Assembly (NCBI GenBank): GCA_951406725.2
Contig: OX597824.1
Location: 7,254,001 to 7,318,000, forward strand
Direction: 5' to 3'
From: Octopus vulgaris
Taxonomy: Eukaryota
DNA: 64,000 nucleotides
The notes beneath the pieces are model-generated. The model saw only the letters and a program-made list of their open reading frames with translations, did not search any database and was not told where the DNA came from. The translations under genes were made by a program, and so were the position numbers. Below, piece by piece: positions 1 through 13,165 of the stretch; position 1 is the first letter of the stretch; the number at the start of each line of letters is the position of its first letter.

Positions 1-2539
1 ACATCTCAACCCAACCAACTCACAACAAAAGATGAAGAAAAAAATAAAGATATTGGTTAATATAGTCTCAGACACAACATGCCCGGGAAAAAGAAAAGCA
101 CAGAATGATTACAGTGGGAATATCTTTGATCATAGGTTCCATATAACCATGGCAGACACGGACGGGGAAGGAGTCTGGAGCCGTGTAGTTTGATTTATTT
201 ACTTCTGCTCACTTTTGAGTCTACATTCAATCATTTACCGAATTCCTCTTCCATATATCATTACTAATCACATACACATTCACTTTTACAGAGAACACTC
301 TCTTTCCATAAAAATGTGTGTGTGTGCATGTGTGTGTGTGCGTGTGTGTGTGTTACTTTCTTTTGTTTTCTTTCAGTTTTGACGCTTCATTTTCCTAAAT
401 TTCATATTTCATTTGTTCGGCACCTCAAGCAGCATTCAATTAATACTTCAAAAATGATAACAAAATAGATACTTTTTTTTTTCCATCCAATTGATTTTTC
501 AATCATTAATAGACTTAATTTTTCAACGGACATTTTTTTATTTAAAGAAATAGGTGACATGAGCAGTCAAACTTTTCATTTAATACCCCTCTCCCCTAAA
601 TTATTAACAATAGTTCAAAGTGAAAATCAATAGTCTTGATTTTTTTTTTTTGTTGTTGTTGTTATTCTTTTGTTAACTGTCTAAACTGACATGCTAAAAA
701 AAGAAAAAATCGATTCGTCCTGTCTTATGTCACAAAAATAAGACTGTCAAAATATTCTATTATTGAAATTAATATTTAAATTGAATGCAGGCTGGCGACC
801 ATAACATTTTAAAGTAAATATCTTCTGATAATTTTTAAGTAAACAAACTTTAGAAATTCAGATATAGTAACTTTAAACAACATATGATCAAAATGAATAA
901 TGCTAAATAATTGCCAAAATCATTTCACTTCAGTTTTTTCTTTCTGTATTTTTAAGAAGAGGCAGCGCATTTATATCATAAACAAATCTATTAACAACAC
1001 ACACAATTTTATTTGAATGAAAATCTAAAACTTGTATGACTTGAAAAGGTATTAAAATATTGGAAAAAGTTTTGTAAAATAAACACAAATTATAGTTATA
1101 AAACAGAAAAATCATTAGCTAAATAACAAAAACACCTAAGGCAGCGTCTGATAAGACTGAGAGGTGGAAATTACAATGTACACAGTATAATGTCACAAAG
1201 TTGGAAGTTGGAGGAAGAACCATAATCTAAAGGAAATCGGCTGCTGATTATGAAGAGATCAATAAAAAGTATCGAGTCACAAACATATTAAGTTCAAGGT
1301 GCACTTATGTTTCTTTTCCGTTTTTCTTTGGCAGCTATTCTTCACAAATTACACTACTTTGCTTCCAGACAACTAAAGCAAGCATTTAGGCAGTTCTTAA
1401 ATCCAGTTTCAATAGCGACAATAAATATCAATATATCACAGACTGACTTGAGATCTTCGAAAACATTCATACACAAATACTGCCTTCGAAACAGAAAAGT
1501 AAAGGGAGAACCAAAACACCAAACACAAAATGGTAATCCTCTGCAATTCAAGAGGTTTTAATCGGTCGTTACATTTCACAATTCTTCTATAAATCAGATG
1601 AAAAGGAAATGACTAAAACTAACAAACGAAAAGCAACACTATATATTATATTCAGCCTTTATATAAAGAGATTTGGAATGACCTCCGAGACAATAAGATA
1701 ACTGAATGCATGTGTTTAAACTTAACATTTAAAAGAACTTTGCTAGTTGTGTGGTTTCAGTGAGATGGCCACAAAGCCCTCATAAATCACCGGGTGAAAC
1801 TTAGCCTAAGCAACAATAGACAAAGAAGCAGGACTTTATCTGCATCGGTTTACACCAGAGGAAATTATATACGCTATATATTATAACCACTGAATTAATG
1901 CCATGAACAATTATGGAACAACCCACGATAATCAAGCTAGTGTTTCATAGACAAACAACTCTGTTATGTGCGTGTGTAAGGAATTTATGTAAAATACGAA
2001 AAACAATAAAAGAATCTTAATGAGTGATGCTGACCATTATGATGGAAGATAAAGCTTTGCATGGCGTTTTATGCCATCAGTTTTATTTCATTTGAGACGA
2101 TGGTGAGAAATTCTCAGTATAATAATAATATTGTTTTATTTACACTCCCCTGGTATTTTATGTAACTATTTTATCATGATTAAAGCAAACACAGATCATT
2201 TGTCTCCATCGAAAGAGCTACTCTGTGTTAAAGATGTTTTCATTTAATGGAATATAATGATTCCGAAAAATTAATGAAGTGCTATCTTTTTGATGAATGG
2301 CAATTTTCTGATTCTCCATCCGAGAGAAGAACATTGCATGATGTTTTGTGAGTGGGCATCGAATGCGGAGGATGTGCAAAAGGAAGAGAGAACCAAAGTG
2401 AGCATCTATGAATGATGCAGTGAAGATGAGCTGGAAAGAAAGAAGAAAATGGGGCAGAGATATAATGCTAAAAGCATACTGGCAGGTGTTATGGTTGCAT
2501 AACAAAACAGAGTGTCCCGACCAGCAACTGACTGCAACC

Positions 2540-2854
2540 ATTGTAACCTTAGTACCTATGCTATCGATCTCTTTTGCCAAACCGCTAAGTTATGGGGACA
2601 TGAACACACCAACATTGATTATCAAGCGATGGTGGGGGGGGGGAAACATACACACACACACACACATATATATATACATATAAATATATACGACGGGCTT
2701 CTTTCAGCTTCCGTCTACCAAATCCACCCACAAGGCTTTGGTCAGCCCGAGACTATAGTAGAAGACACTTGCTCAAAGTGCTATGCAATGGGACTGAACC
2801 CGGAACCATGTGGTTGATAACAAAGCTACATACCACACAGCCACTCCTGCACCT
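2540..2854 (-). mobile_element. SINE family A (tRNA-like head, CCTTGGGCAAGT core, internal TA/TG microsatellite), partial
   Basis: Reverse complement of the family A copy at 17956-18432. Confidence 0.85.
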
Positions 2855-2868
2855 AGAGATGTTTAACA

Positions 2869-3058
2869 CAGGGGTCTCCAAACTGGTTGATATATATCCC
2901 CTGGGGATCAATGGGACTATTCAAAGGGTCGAATAAATGCACATCTACTTATTATTTATTTATTTTCTTGTACATGCCTTGTGGGGGTGATTAGGTGGGG
3001 GGGGGCCGTCAAGGATTCCATGATGGGGACAATGGTCTGAAAAGTTTGGGGACCACTG
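2869..3058. mobile_element. hAT (Charlie-like) MITE
   Basis: TIRs CAGGGGTCTCCAAACT / AGTTTGGGGACCACTG; 8-bp TSD GTTTAACA / GTTTAATA. Confidence 0.85.
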
Positions 3059-3314
3059 GTTTAATATGTAAAATTGGCCTACCCAACAGTCTCACACCAT
3101 TAAATTAAGTAGCTTCTCAAGTAATGTACTCATGGATGGTTAATGGTTTGGATGTGGTGCTGAAGAAGAGTCAAGAATTCCAGAAATAGGCAGATACACC
3201 CACTACCTGTTCCTTCTATCTTTGATCACATTGTTTATAAATAGACTTATTCATATACCATACATCATAACTTTCAGTACTGACTCTAGTTTTTATAGAA
3301 AATTGATAACTTTT

Positions 3315-3481
3315 AGGAGCAGCAGGAATGGTCGTGTGGTAAGTAGCTTGCTTATCAACTACATGGTTCTGGGTTCAGTCCCACTGCATGGCCCTTTGGG
3401 CAAGTGTCTTCTACTATAGCCTTGGGCTGATCAAAGCCTTGTGAGTGGATTTGGTAGACGGAAACTGAAAGAAGCCCGTCG

Positions 3482-3514
<33 letters not shown>

Positions 3515-3521
3515 ATGTGTG

Positions 3522-3568
<47 letters not shown>

Positions 3569-3830
3569 GTATATGTATATATATATATCTATATATATAT
3601 ATATGTGTGTGTGTGTGTTGTGTTTGTGTGTGTCGGTCCCCCAACATCATTTGACAACAGATGCTGGTGTGTTTACGTCCATGTAACTCAGCAGTTCGGC
3701 AAAAGAGACCGATAGAATAAGGGCTAAGATTACAAAGATTAAGTCCTGGGGTCAATTTGCTTGACTAAAGGCGGTGCTCCAGCATGGCCGCAGTCAAATG
3801 ACTGAGACAAGTAAAAGAGTAAAAGAGTAA
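3315..3830 (+). mobile_element. SINE family A, full length
   Basis: Head GGAATGGTCGTGTGGTAAG...GGGTTCAGTCCC, core, (TA)n middle, tail ...GTAAAAGAGTAAAAGAG. Confidence 0.9.
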
Positions 3831-4138
3831 ATACAGTAATCTTCCGAAGAATCAGCCTCATTCAGCTTTCACAGTGAAATGCCACGATAAAATATGAGAA
3901 TTCCTGAGATCATTAAGTTGAGTAACATGACACATCCAGGAATTAAACTTGCAAGGTTACAACAACAACAACAACAACAAGAGTGCTACAGCACTTCTTT
4001 CTGTTTATATTTTTGTTTTGTTTTTGTTTTTGTTTTTGTTTTTTTTTATAGTATATTTTACTTCTGTTGAATTCTTGTATTAAAGCTCAAGGCAACTGGA
4101 TATGAAATGGATAAGTTTGCAAACACATTTATTGTGGT

Positions 4139-4290
4139 AGAAGTCAGCTGCACTTATTACAGAAGCCGGCTGCAAAAGCCAGGTGCACCAGTTTAAGAAG
4201 CCAGCAGCATTTTTAGAAGTTGACTGCATTTTTAGAAGCCAACTGCACTATTTATACTCTTGCAGAAATTAGCTACACTTGTTCCAAAAA
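4139..4290. repeat. Degenerate ~20-bp minisatellite (AGAAGCCAGCTGCATTTTT-like)
   Basis: About 7 diverged units, each starting AGAAG. Confidence 0.6.
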
Positions 4291-4322
4291 CCAGTATCAC
4301 TTGCAGAAGTGATACTGGTTTT

Positions 4323-4520
4323 GGGGGAGCTGAAAAGTTCCTGGCTTTGGGTAAAAGAAAATAAAGGAGGATCAGGTAATTATGAATTTATTCAACATGT
4401 TTCCCTCTCTGGCTCACACGCTTATTGCAGCAGTCCTTCAGTTTTTCTAAGCCCTGTAAAAGAACTCAGAAGGTTGGGCCTCAAACCAGGCCTTCGCAAT
4501 ATCCTTAAAGTCAGGAACTT
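4323..4520. mobile_element. Mariner-like MITE with truncated ends
   Basis: Inverted ends AAGTTCCTGGCTTT / AAAGTCAGGAACTT; left end GGGGGAGCTGAAAAGT resembles mariner TIRs. Confidence 0.65.
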
Positions 4521-4521
4521 A

Positions 4522-4782
4522 AAGCCACACTGTAAAGTAGTTAGCATTTGGGAGGGCATCCAGCCATTAAGACCATGCCAAAACTGACCTCACCTATGCT
4601 GGTGTTACATAAAAAGCACTTAGTCAACTCTGTCGGGTGGTTGAGGTTATGAAGGGCATCCAGCCGTGAAAACCATACCAAAACAGACACTGAAGCCTAG
4701 TGCAGTCTTCTGCCTAGCCAGCTCCTATCACACCATCCAACCCATGCCAGCATGGAAAGTGGATGTTAAATGATGATGATGA
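4522..4782 (+). mobile_element. SINE-like family B ((GAT)n tail)
   Basis: GAAGGGCATCCAGC motif twice; end CCAACCCATGCCAGCATGGAAAGTGGATGTTAAA(TGA)n. Confidence 0.8.
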
Positions 4783-5059
4783 TTCTATTGAAGTCACACA
4801 GCAAAATAATCATTTAAGAAATGACATAGTCTTGTACAAACTCCTTTATTAGCCAATATCCAAGGGCACCATTCAAAGTCCTAGTTCAGGTTTCATTTCA
4901 ATGAAATTGCTTGTGTTTTTAAGGAGTATGGCTCATGTGACCATGAGGTTGATTCACTCGACACAACAGCTCTGTTCAAATTTTGATATGGAGTGAAATG
5001 TCATAGTTGGATGACGGTGTGCTGAGTTGACCCTGTCCAAAGCATAGCCACATGGGAGA

Positions 5060-5402
5060 AGTGATGAGGGGAAGGAGGGGAAAGCAGAGGTGTTTGTGAG
5101 GAAGGACAGAGGGTGGGGAGGAGGAAGAGTGGCAGGGCGCGATGGAAGAGAAGGGGGACGGTGGAAAAGTGGGAGGGGGAGCTGGAGGAAGTGGAATAAA
5201 GGAGGGGTGTACTGAAGAAGGGAGGAGGAATATGGGTAAATAAGGGTGGAGCAGAACCAGAGGGGGGGTTGGGATGAAGAGAGGGAGAACTGTTAAAAAG
5301 GAAGTGAAGGAGGAGAAGAGGAGTAGGGGATAGAGGAAAGGCGTGGTGGCGGTAAAGGGCAACGGATGTGGTAGAGGTGACGGTAAATTAGGAGGGGGAG
5401 GA
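5060..5402. repeat. Purine-rich (G/A) low-complexity tract
   Basis: Strongly G+A biased on the + strand. Confidence 0.8.
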
Positions 5403-5810
5403 TTTTCTCGGATTTTCAAAAAAATTCTTTCAAAAACAATAATTTATCATAAAAATATTTCTCTTTTTTTTCTTTACGTTTGCCTTCCCCCCCACCACCA
5501 CCACCAAATCACCCCCAGATATTTTGTGTTTTTATTTTCAGATAACTTCCTTAATAATTGTAACGACTGAATACTTTATTTTGAACTAAGAATTAACGTC
5601 ATGTCGGTTTGGGAAAATATCGTACGCAAATGGCAAAGAATTAAAGATTTACAACAGAACACAAACGGACAATGAGTTTAATGATTCCTATTTTCAATGA
5701 ATGGCACTTTTCAGCAGAAAATGACGGACAGTCATAAAGTAAACTATTGATTCCAAAGTGTCAATTTGGCTTCATATTATCCAACATTGCTGGTGATGCC
5801 ATTATCAGGA

Positions 5811-5868
<58 letters not shown>

Positions 5869-6087
5869 TGATGATGGTGATGATTTTTTTTTTTCCCTTT
5901 TCTCTCTGCCTTCAACTTTTTCTTTATCACATGACTCTGTAAATGAAGAATCTGGTGTTTGTTTTAATGTCCTGCCAATGTATATAGTACGTTTCTCTAC
6001 CCTAGGTGTCAGGAAGACACTTGGCAAGAAATGGAAATAGAATTGGAAGAAGATGCTAATGATAATAATAATAATAATAATGATAAT

Positions 6088-6302
6088 AATCCTTTCTACT
6101 AAAGGCACAAGGCCTGATATTTTGGGGGAGAAGATTAGTCAATTACTTCGACCCCAGTGTTTCACTGGTATTTAATTTATTAACCTCAAAGGGATGAAAG
6201 GTAAAGTTGACCTCAGAGGAATTTGGACTCAGAACATAGCAGTAGACGAAATAAAGCTAAGCATTTCATCCAGTGGGCTACCAATTCTGCCAGCTCGCCA
6301 CC

Positions 6303-6305
<3 letters not shown>
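6088..6305 (-). mobile_element. SINE family C (tRNA-like head plus Nin-like domain)
   Basis: Matches 17482-17717; flanked by (AAT)n. Confidence 0.8.
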
Positions 6306-6349
<44 letters not shown>

Positions 6350-6350
<1 letters not shown>

Positions 6351-6648
6351 GCATCATAGCTATGTGTTGAGAGGAATGCTTTGGGGTTTGAATTATTCAC
6401 CTCTGGAAACATGGGTCCTTCATTCAACGTCCTTAAACAACCCTTATTCAGAGACCTTTGGAGTAGGATGAACTACTCAACCTGAAGAAAATTCTGTGCC
6501 CCACCGGCAAGGTCATGCATTGATATGAGATCACCATGTTGCACACATGTGGCTGTGATGCATGTGCCTAGGGTACTTTTATCAGACAAGAAGTCAGATA
6601 TCGGTGCCCCAGTGTCACTTTGGTGGCATACATCGCTTTCTCACTCGA
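6350..6648 (+). mobile_element. Unclassified ~300-bp insert between (AAT)n tracts
   Basis: More GC-rich block with (AAT)n on both sides; single copy in the window. Confidence 0.4.
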
Positions 6649-6675
6649 TAATAATAATAATGAATAAATAAATAA

Positions 6676-7516
6676 GGTGGTGGTGGTGGTGGTGGTGGTG
6701 GTGGTGGTGGTGGTGGTGGTGGTGGTGGTGGTGGTGGTGGTGGCGGCAGTGGTTGTGGTGGCGGTGGTGGTGGTGGTGGTGGTGGCAGTGGTTGTGGTGT
6801 CAGTGGTGGTGGGGGTGATTGTGGTGATGGTGGTGGTGGTGGTGGTGGTGGTGGCAGTGGTTGTGGTGGCAGTGGTGATGGTGGTGGTGGTAGTGGTGGT
6901 GGTGGTGGAGGTGGCAGTGGTGGTGCTGGTTGTGGTGGTGGTGATGGTGGTGGTGGTGGCGGTGTGGTTGTGGTGGCGGTGGTGGTGGTGGTGGTGGTGG
7001 TGGTTGTGGTGTCAGTGGTGGTGGGGGTGATTGTGGTGATGGTGGTGGTGGTGGTGGTGGTGGCAGTGGTTGTGGTGGCAGTGGTGATGGTGGTGGTGGT
7101 GTGGTGGTGGTGGTGGAGGTGGCAGTGGTGGTGCTGGTTGTGGTGGTGGTGATGGTGGTGGTGGTGGTGGGTTGTGGTGGTGGTGGTGATGGTGGTGGTG
7201 GTGGTGGTGGTGGTTGTAGTGGCAGTGGTTGTGGTGGTGGTGGAGGTGGTGGTAGTGGTGGTGGTGATGGTGGTGGTGGTGGTGGTGATGGTGGTTGTAG
7301 TGGCAGTGGTTGTGGTGGTGGTGGTGGAGGTGGCAGTGGTGGTGCTGGTTGTGGTGGTGGTGATGGTGGTGGTGGTGGCAGTGGTTGTGGTGGCAGTGGT
7401 TGTGGTGGCAGTGGTTGTGGTGGCAGTGGTGATGGTGGTGGTGGTGGTGGTGGTTGTAGTGGCAGTGGTTGTGGTGGCAGTGGTGGTGTTGGTTGTGGTG
7501 GTGGTGGTGGTTGTGG
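6676..7516. repeat. Compound (GGT)n microsatellite
   Basis: About 840 bp of GGT with GGC/AGT/TGT/GAT variants. Confidence 0.97.
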
Positions 7517-8590
7517 TAATAATAATAATAAAAATAATAATAAGCTAACTTCATGACTTAAATTCTTTTCCTGAAGCATGGTTGTTTCATGGAAAATGTG
7601 TGGAACTAAAATCGTATAAATTGAAATTTGTATTTCAAAAAGAAACAAACAAAGAGATGTATTCGCATTGATACATATCTCCCTCATCTTTTATCTCACT
7701 CTCCCTACTTTATTAAGATTAAATAACATTACAGAAAACAAGAAAAAAAAAAAAATTCAACATGCTAAGACTAAAACAACAAAAAAATAATACAAATAAA
7801 TAATACAAATAAATATATATATATATATATATATTAAAATAAATACAAAATTCTATTAATAATTACAAAAGAAATTGCTTTCTCAGTGGTTGACATGTTC
7901 TATAATCAAAATGAAAGTAAAATAATTGAAAATGAAATAATAAAATAAGATAAAATAAAACGTATTATTTTTGGTGGTAAAAATGATTAATCTCAACATG
8001 AACATAGTTTCCTATTTTTAATGTCCATGAGAGAATGAGGATTCTCCAAATACAACAAATGTTATGGATTTATTGAGTTGTTGAAGGCATCACCAGCAGA
8101 CTTTTGATTTTATTTCCCTTCTACACAGGATTACTTCTTATTCCGAAATTGTAATTTAAAAAAAAAAAAAAAAAAAAGAAAAAAAAAACCCCAAAAAAAT
8201 ATATACAAAGTTGCAGTATGTTCTACGAACATAATTCAATTATATTGTAATAGTTTTTGTTTATTTATCTGTCTATTGTTTATGTTCATTTATTTGCGGG
8301 GGGAGTGAGAGGGTTGTCTCTTTTTTTGTTTTTTGCTTTGTTATGCTTTCTTATCTACACTTTGCAAAAAGCCATTTTGAATAATACTTCCATCAAAAAC
8401 CATTCTGAGACTCACTTCAGCTTCCACTAACCACCTATTTACTAACAACCGTTTCTTTGTCTTTAATTCTATTTAGAAAAGAGAATTAAAATCTATTATT
8501 TAAACAGCATCAACAGACAACAAAGTGATATTTCTTAAACAATCCTACTTTGAGGGCAATTTGATTTTGTTTACATGTATATACATATAC

Positions 8591-8646
<56 letters not shown>

Positions 8647-9055
8647 ATATATGTGCATACATATATATATATACACATATACATAAATACAGATATATAT
8701 ATGCACAGCAAACGATATACTTACATATACGAGCGTCACACATACATACATATGCACGTATGGACACAGCCATTTGAATTGCCGCCAAATCACCGCATAA
8801 ATACGATATGGTTAAAATAAGCACCGCAGTGAATATAATAACGAATTATATAAATTTATATATGAGGATAATATCGATATTTAAGTATCAAATTATCAAG
8901 TGGCCAGCATGAAAAAAAACACCATACCTTACAAAGGTAAAAAATTTTTTTGGCTAACAATTAAAAATGAGGGTGTCTAAAAGACACCAACATGCCGAAA
9001 TAGCAGTCGAAATTCTGACTATAAAACCACGTTAAATGTTCATATATAAATATTC

Positions 9056-9135
<80 letters not shown>

Positions 9136-9189
9136 CATATATATATATAATATATACATATATATATATATATATCATCATTATCATCA

Positions 9190-9473
9190 TCTATTTCTTT
9201 ACTACCCACAAGGGGCTTAAACCTAGCTGATTGATTGATTGACTGAATGATTAATCAAACAATTGGTTAATTAGTTAGATGGTTGCTCAGTTCACTGACA
9301 AACGGATTAAGTCAATTACATTGACCCCAGTGCGTAACTGGTACTTAATTTATCGACCCCGAAAGGATGAAAGGCATAGTCAACCTCGGAGGAATTTGAA
9401 CTCAGAACGTAACAGCAGACGAAATACAGCTACACATTTCACCCTGCGTGCTAACGTTTTTGCCAGCTCGCTG
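9190..9473 (-). mobile_element. SINE family C
   Basis: Matches 17482-17717, with a small internal insertion. Confidence 0.85.
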
Positions 9474-9474
9474 C

Positions 9475-9727
9475 ATCATCATCAAAGTTTTACATCCACT
9501 TTCCATGCTGGCATGGGTTGGACAGTTTGACTGAAGACTGGCAAGCCAGGAGGCTGCACCAGACGCCAATCTGATCTGGCAATGTTTCCACAGCTGGATG
9601 CCCTTCCTAATACTAACCACTCTTAGAGTGTAGAGGGTGAATTTTACGTGCCACTGGCATGGGGCTAGTCAGGCGGCAGTGGCATCGACCACACTCGAAT
9701 GGTACTTTTTACATGCAGGAGCCAGTC
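9475..9727 (-). mobile_element. SINE-like family B
   Basis: CATCATCATC...TTCCATGCTGGCATGGGTTGG...GCTGGATGCCCTTCCTAA. Confidence 0.85.
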
Positions 9728-9730
9728 TCC

Positions 9731-9762
<32 letters not shown>

Positions 9763-10278
9763 GTCATCCTAAATGGAGATGAGTACCAACACTTCCATGT
9801 GGTACACTTGAACAATTGTGAAGATCTTCTTCACATGAAACCATTGGTTGCCTCATCCACTGATGCAGTGTTGAGCACTTATTCTTACCATTTGATATTA
9901 GTGCATCTGTGTACATGCGAGTGTGTGTGCTAGCAAAGAACACTAACATACAATATACACAGACATGGACAGACACATATAGGATACACCTTCTTCTACT
10001 CTTCATTATTCTCTTTCCAGTCTTCCACTCTCTCGTTTCCCTACCTTTCATCAATAACATTTCCAGTGTTTAACCCCCATTCAGCAGTCAGTCAGTTGTC
10101 ACACATTTACACATTTAAACATATACACAAACACAGGCGGAGAAATGTAACGGTACATATAGATTTATGGATAGAGGGACGTAATTAAAACAAATTTAAA
10201 GAAGATTTTTACAGTTCTATTTGAATAAATAATTGTTGTCAGGTGACGGTCATTTAGAAAAAGCGCAGGATAAAACTA

Positions 10279-10640
10279 CGCGCCTTCACTCGTCAGTTAA
10301 GGTGAGAAAGTGTCATGTGACAACTTGCTGGTGCTGCCTACTGGAGCCTGTGCGGCAGGTATTTAAAGGGAAAAATTTGACAAGACAGTCAGTCACCGGC
10401 TGACACTCGCTGATGAAACATCAAAGAGGCCAGGGAACAGAAGAAAGAAGAAGAAAGAAGACATGCACCCAACACCAGAGCTGAAGACACCTCCGAAAGG
10501 ACGGGGGCCCCGCCACGTCAAAACGGTAGAGGAGTAGGGGCCGAAATGTGAAGATGAATGAAATGCCTCGTGTGCTAATGCCAGTTCACCACCTTCGACT
10601 GATTCATAATAATAAAAGAAGTGAAATAGAACCAGTGTGT
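10279..10640 (+). mobile_element. Dispersed repeat, Penelope pseudo-LTR-like (copy 1)
   Basis: About 270 bp shared with 19399-19700; decayed CTGAAGA/CTGATGA...GAAA motifs. Confidence 0.55.
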
Positions 10641-12072
10641 GTGTGTGTCTATTATTAGCATGATGACCCACCCAAGGTACAACAAAATGTTTCAGTACAT
10701 GATTTCACATCAAGAATCTTGCAAACCGAATACAAAAACAAATACTAATTATCTTTTTTTTCATAAAAATAATAATTCTGAATATATTCTACTGGGTCAG
10801 TGGAATTTTTCAGCACGAGCTAATATCACTCAATAATTATTAATCACTTTCCATTCAAGTAATGATAAATGTGAAATAGTTGTTGAAAATGGTTGCACAA
10901 TGTCGGCGTGAAACTTGTTAAATAATTTAGCGACTCTTCTAATGCATGTGTAGTGAAGGTAAATGTAATTTTCTATAATCGATAAAGTGCACTTGTTTTA
11001 CGTCCCCAATGGATAAATGGTTAAAAATCAATGAACCAAATGCTAATGGGCAGAAACCAAGTAACACGAAGAAAGACGTGTTACACAGCTTGAGCCTACA
11101 GCAAGTGTGTCTTCGAATGTAAGACTAAAACAACAAAATTAACAAAGTAAATAGAAGTAAAAAAAAAAAAAGCAAACATGGTGAAACTTTTATTGCCTTG
11201 AGTAGTGTTAAAACTTAACCTAGCAAATTGTGGTGCTGATCGACGAAAATTCTTCCTGGCAGCTTAAATCCTGAAAATCTAACAAAACAGAGACAGCACA
11301 TTCAAACTCAAAAAAGTCCAAATGAAGAATATTTTAAGAGGATGCGTGGAGATGAAAGAAAAGTTAGAAAAATGTTTTTATTTATTTACTTATAACGTAT
11401 TGGTTAGCATTTGGTAAAAGTAAATCTAATTGCAGTAAACTTAGCAAAGCTTTGTACTAAAGACTGTTTCCAGAGTGTATTACTGGTAGTTTTGGTTATG
11501 GTTAAGATACCCAGACATATTGGAATCCAGGTGAGAAAAAGTGGCTGGGTAATTTCAGGTTCAGTTTCACTGCACAGCATCTTATGAAGGGGTCTTCTAC
11601 TGTATTCCTGGGCTACCAAAATCCTTGGCAGTGAATCTGGAAGATGGAAACTGTAAGAAGCCTATTGTATATATAATGCATATGTGTGTGTATGGATATT
11701 CTTTTATTTGTTTCAGTCATTTGACTGCAGCCATGCTGGAGCACTGCCTTTTAAAAGGTCTGTTGAATTATTAAGTCAAATTTATCAATCGAGGATCGAA
11801 TCCACGCTATGCCTGCATGAAGCCACTACATATATATATAAAAATTTAAAATGAGGCTGAGAAATTAGATATTAATTTAATTAATATTGATTTCACATCA
11901 GTGGTCTAGCATATAAAAAAACTGAAGGTTCAGTAAAATTGTATTATATACATACTAGAGGGAAACCACTATGTGAACACCCTTATGCTAGAAATAGATC
12001 CACTATGGTCTTACCACTAAGAAATGTTCTCAAGAAAAATTTAGCAAAACAACCAAAATGTAATCGAGCATG

Positions 12073-12107
<35 letters not shown>

Positions 12108-12109
<2 letters not shown>

Positions 12110-12260
12110 GATGGGCTTCTTTCAGTTTCCGTTTACCAAATCTAATCACAAGGCTTTGGCAGGCCCAAGGCTATAGTACAAGACACTTGTCCGAGGTGCC
12201 ATGCAGTGGGCTGGACCTGAGACAAAGTGGTCGGTAAGCAAGCTATTTACTACACAGCCA
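12108..12260 (-). mobile_element. SINE family A, head half
   Basis: GGGCTTCTTTCAGTTTCCG...ACACAGCCA. Confidence 0.8.
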
Positions 12261-12589
12261 ATAATTTCTTTATTTGTGAATTAAGGCTACCAATATATAT
12301 ATTATGCATGTGTATATTTTTGAGCAATAGATATTCATGACAGAGATAAACAGTGGTGAAAAAATCCCCACACAAACTAGTGCTTTACAAAATCTCTTAA
12401 GAATTGTTCTGTATCAAGTTGGACACACACACACACATACACACATCAATCTTGCCATCATGAACGCTGTGAACGGTTGGAAACCTGTAACCAATGGTAG
12501 TTGCTCACAAATTGTGATATAAACTTGGTAAAAGTAGATAGAAAAATATAAACTCAAAAGAAACAATTATAATTCATTCCTGCTCCTCA

Positions 12590-13165
12590 GCTCTCTCTCT
12601 CTCTCTCTTTTTTTTCTCTCTCTCATCTATTTCTACATTTCTCTACTAACATTCTCTCTTTCCCTCTCCCCTCTCTCTCTCTCTATCTATCTATCTTTCT
12701 TCATCATACCACTCAAGCTGTTTCTATTGGATCTCCTTACCAACAATCATCATATAGCTGTATATCATCCTCACTGCTTTACTATCTCTCTCTCCTTCTC
12801 TCTCCCTCTCCTTCTCTCTCCCTCTCCTTTCTCTCTCTCCCTCCTTCCCTCCCTCTCTCTCCCTCTCCTTCTTTCTCTCTCCCTCTCCTTTCTCTCTCTC
12901 CCTCCTTCCCTCCCTCTCCCTCCCTATCCCTCCCTATCCCTCCCTCTCTCTCCCTCTTCTTCTTTCTCTCTCCCTCTCCTTCTTTCTCTCTCTCCCTCCT
13001 TCCCTCCCTCTCTCTCCCTCCCCTTCTTTCTCTCTCCACCACCTCCTCTCCCTCTCGCTCCCTCTCTCTTTCTCTCTCTCTCCCTCCTTCCCTCCCTCTC
13101 CTTCTTTCTCTCTCTCCCTCCTTCCCTCCCTCTCGCTCCCTCTCCTTCTTTCTCTCTCTCCCACC
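12590..13165. repeat. Polypyrimidine (CT-rich) compound microsatellite
   Basis: Almost pure C/T from 12783 to 13165. Confidence 0.95.

Noticed and set aside
6677-7687. Pro/His/Gly/Val-rich ORFs up to 295 aa
   Set aside because: Stop-free translations of (GGT)n in all frames; no splice signals
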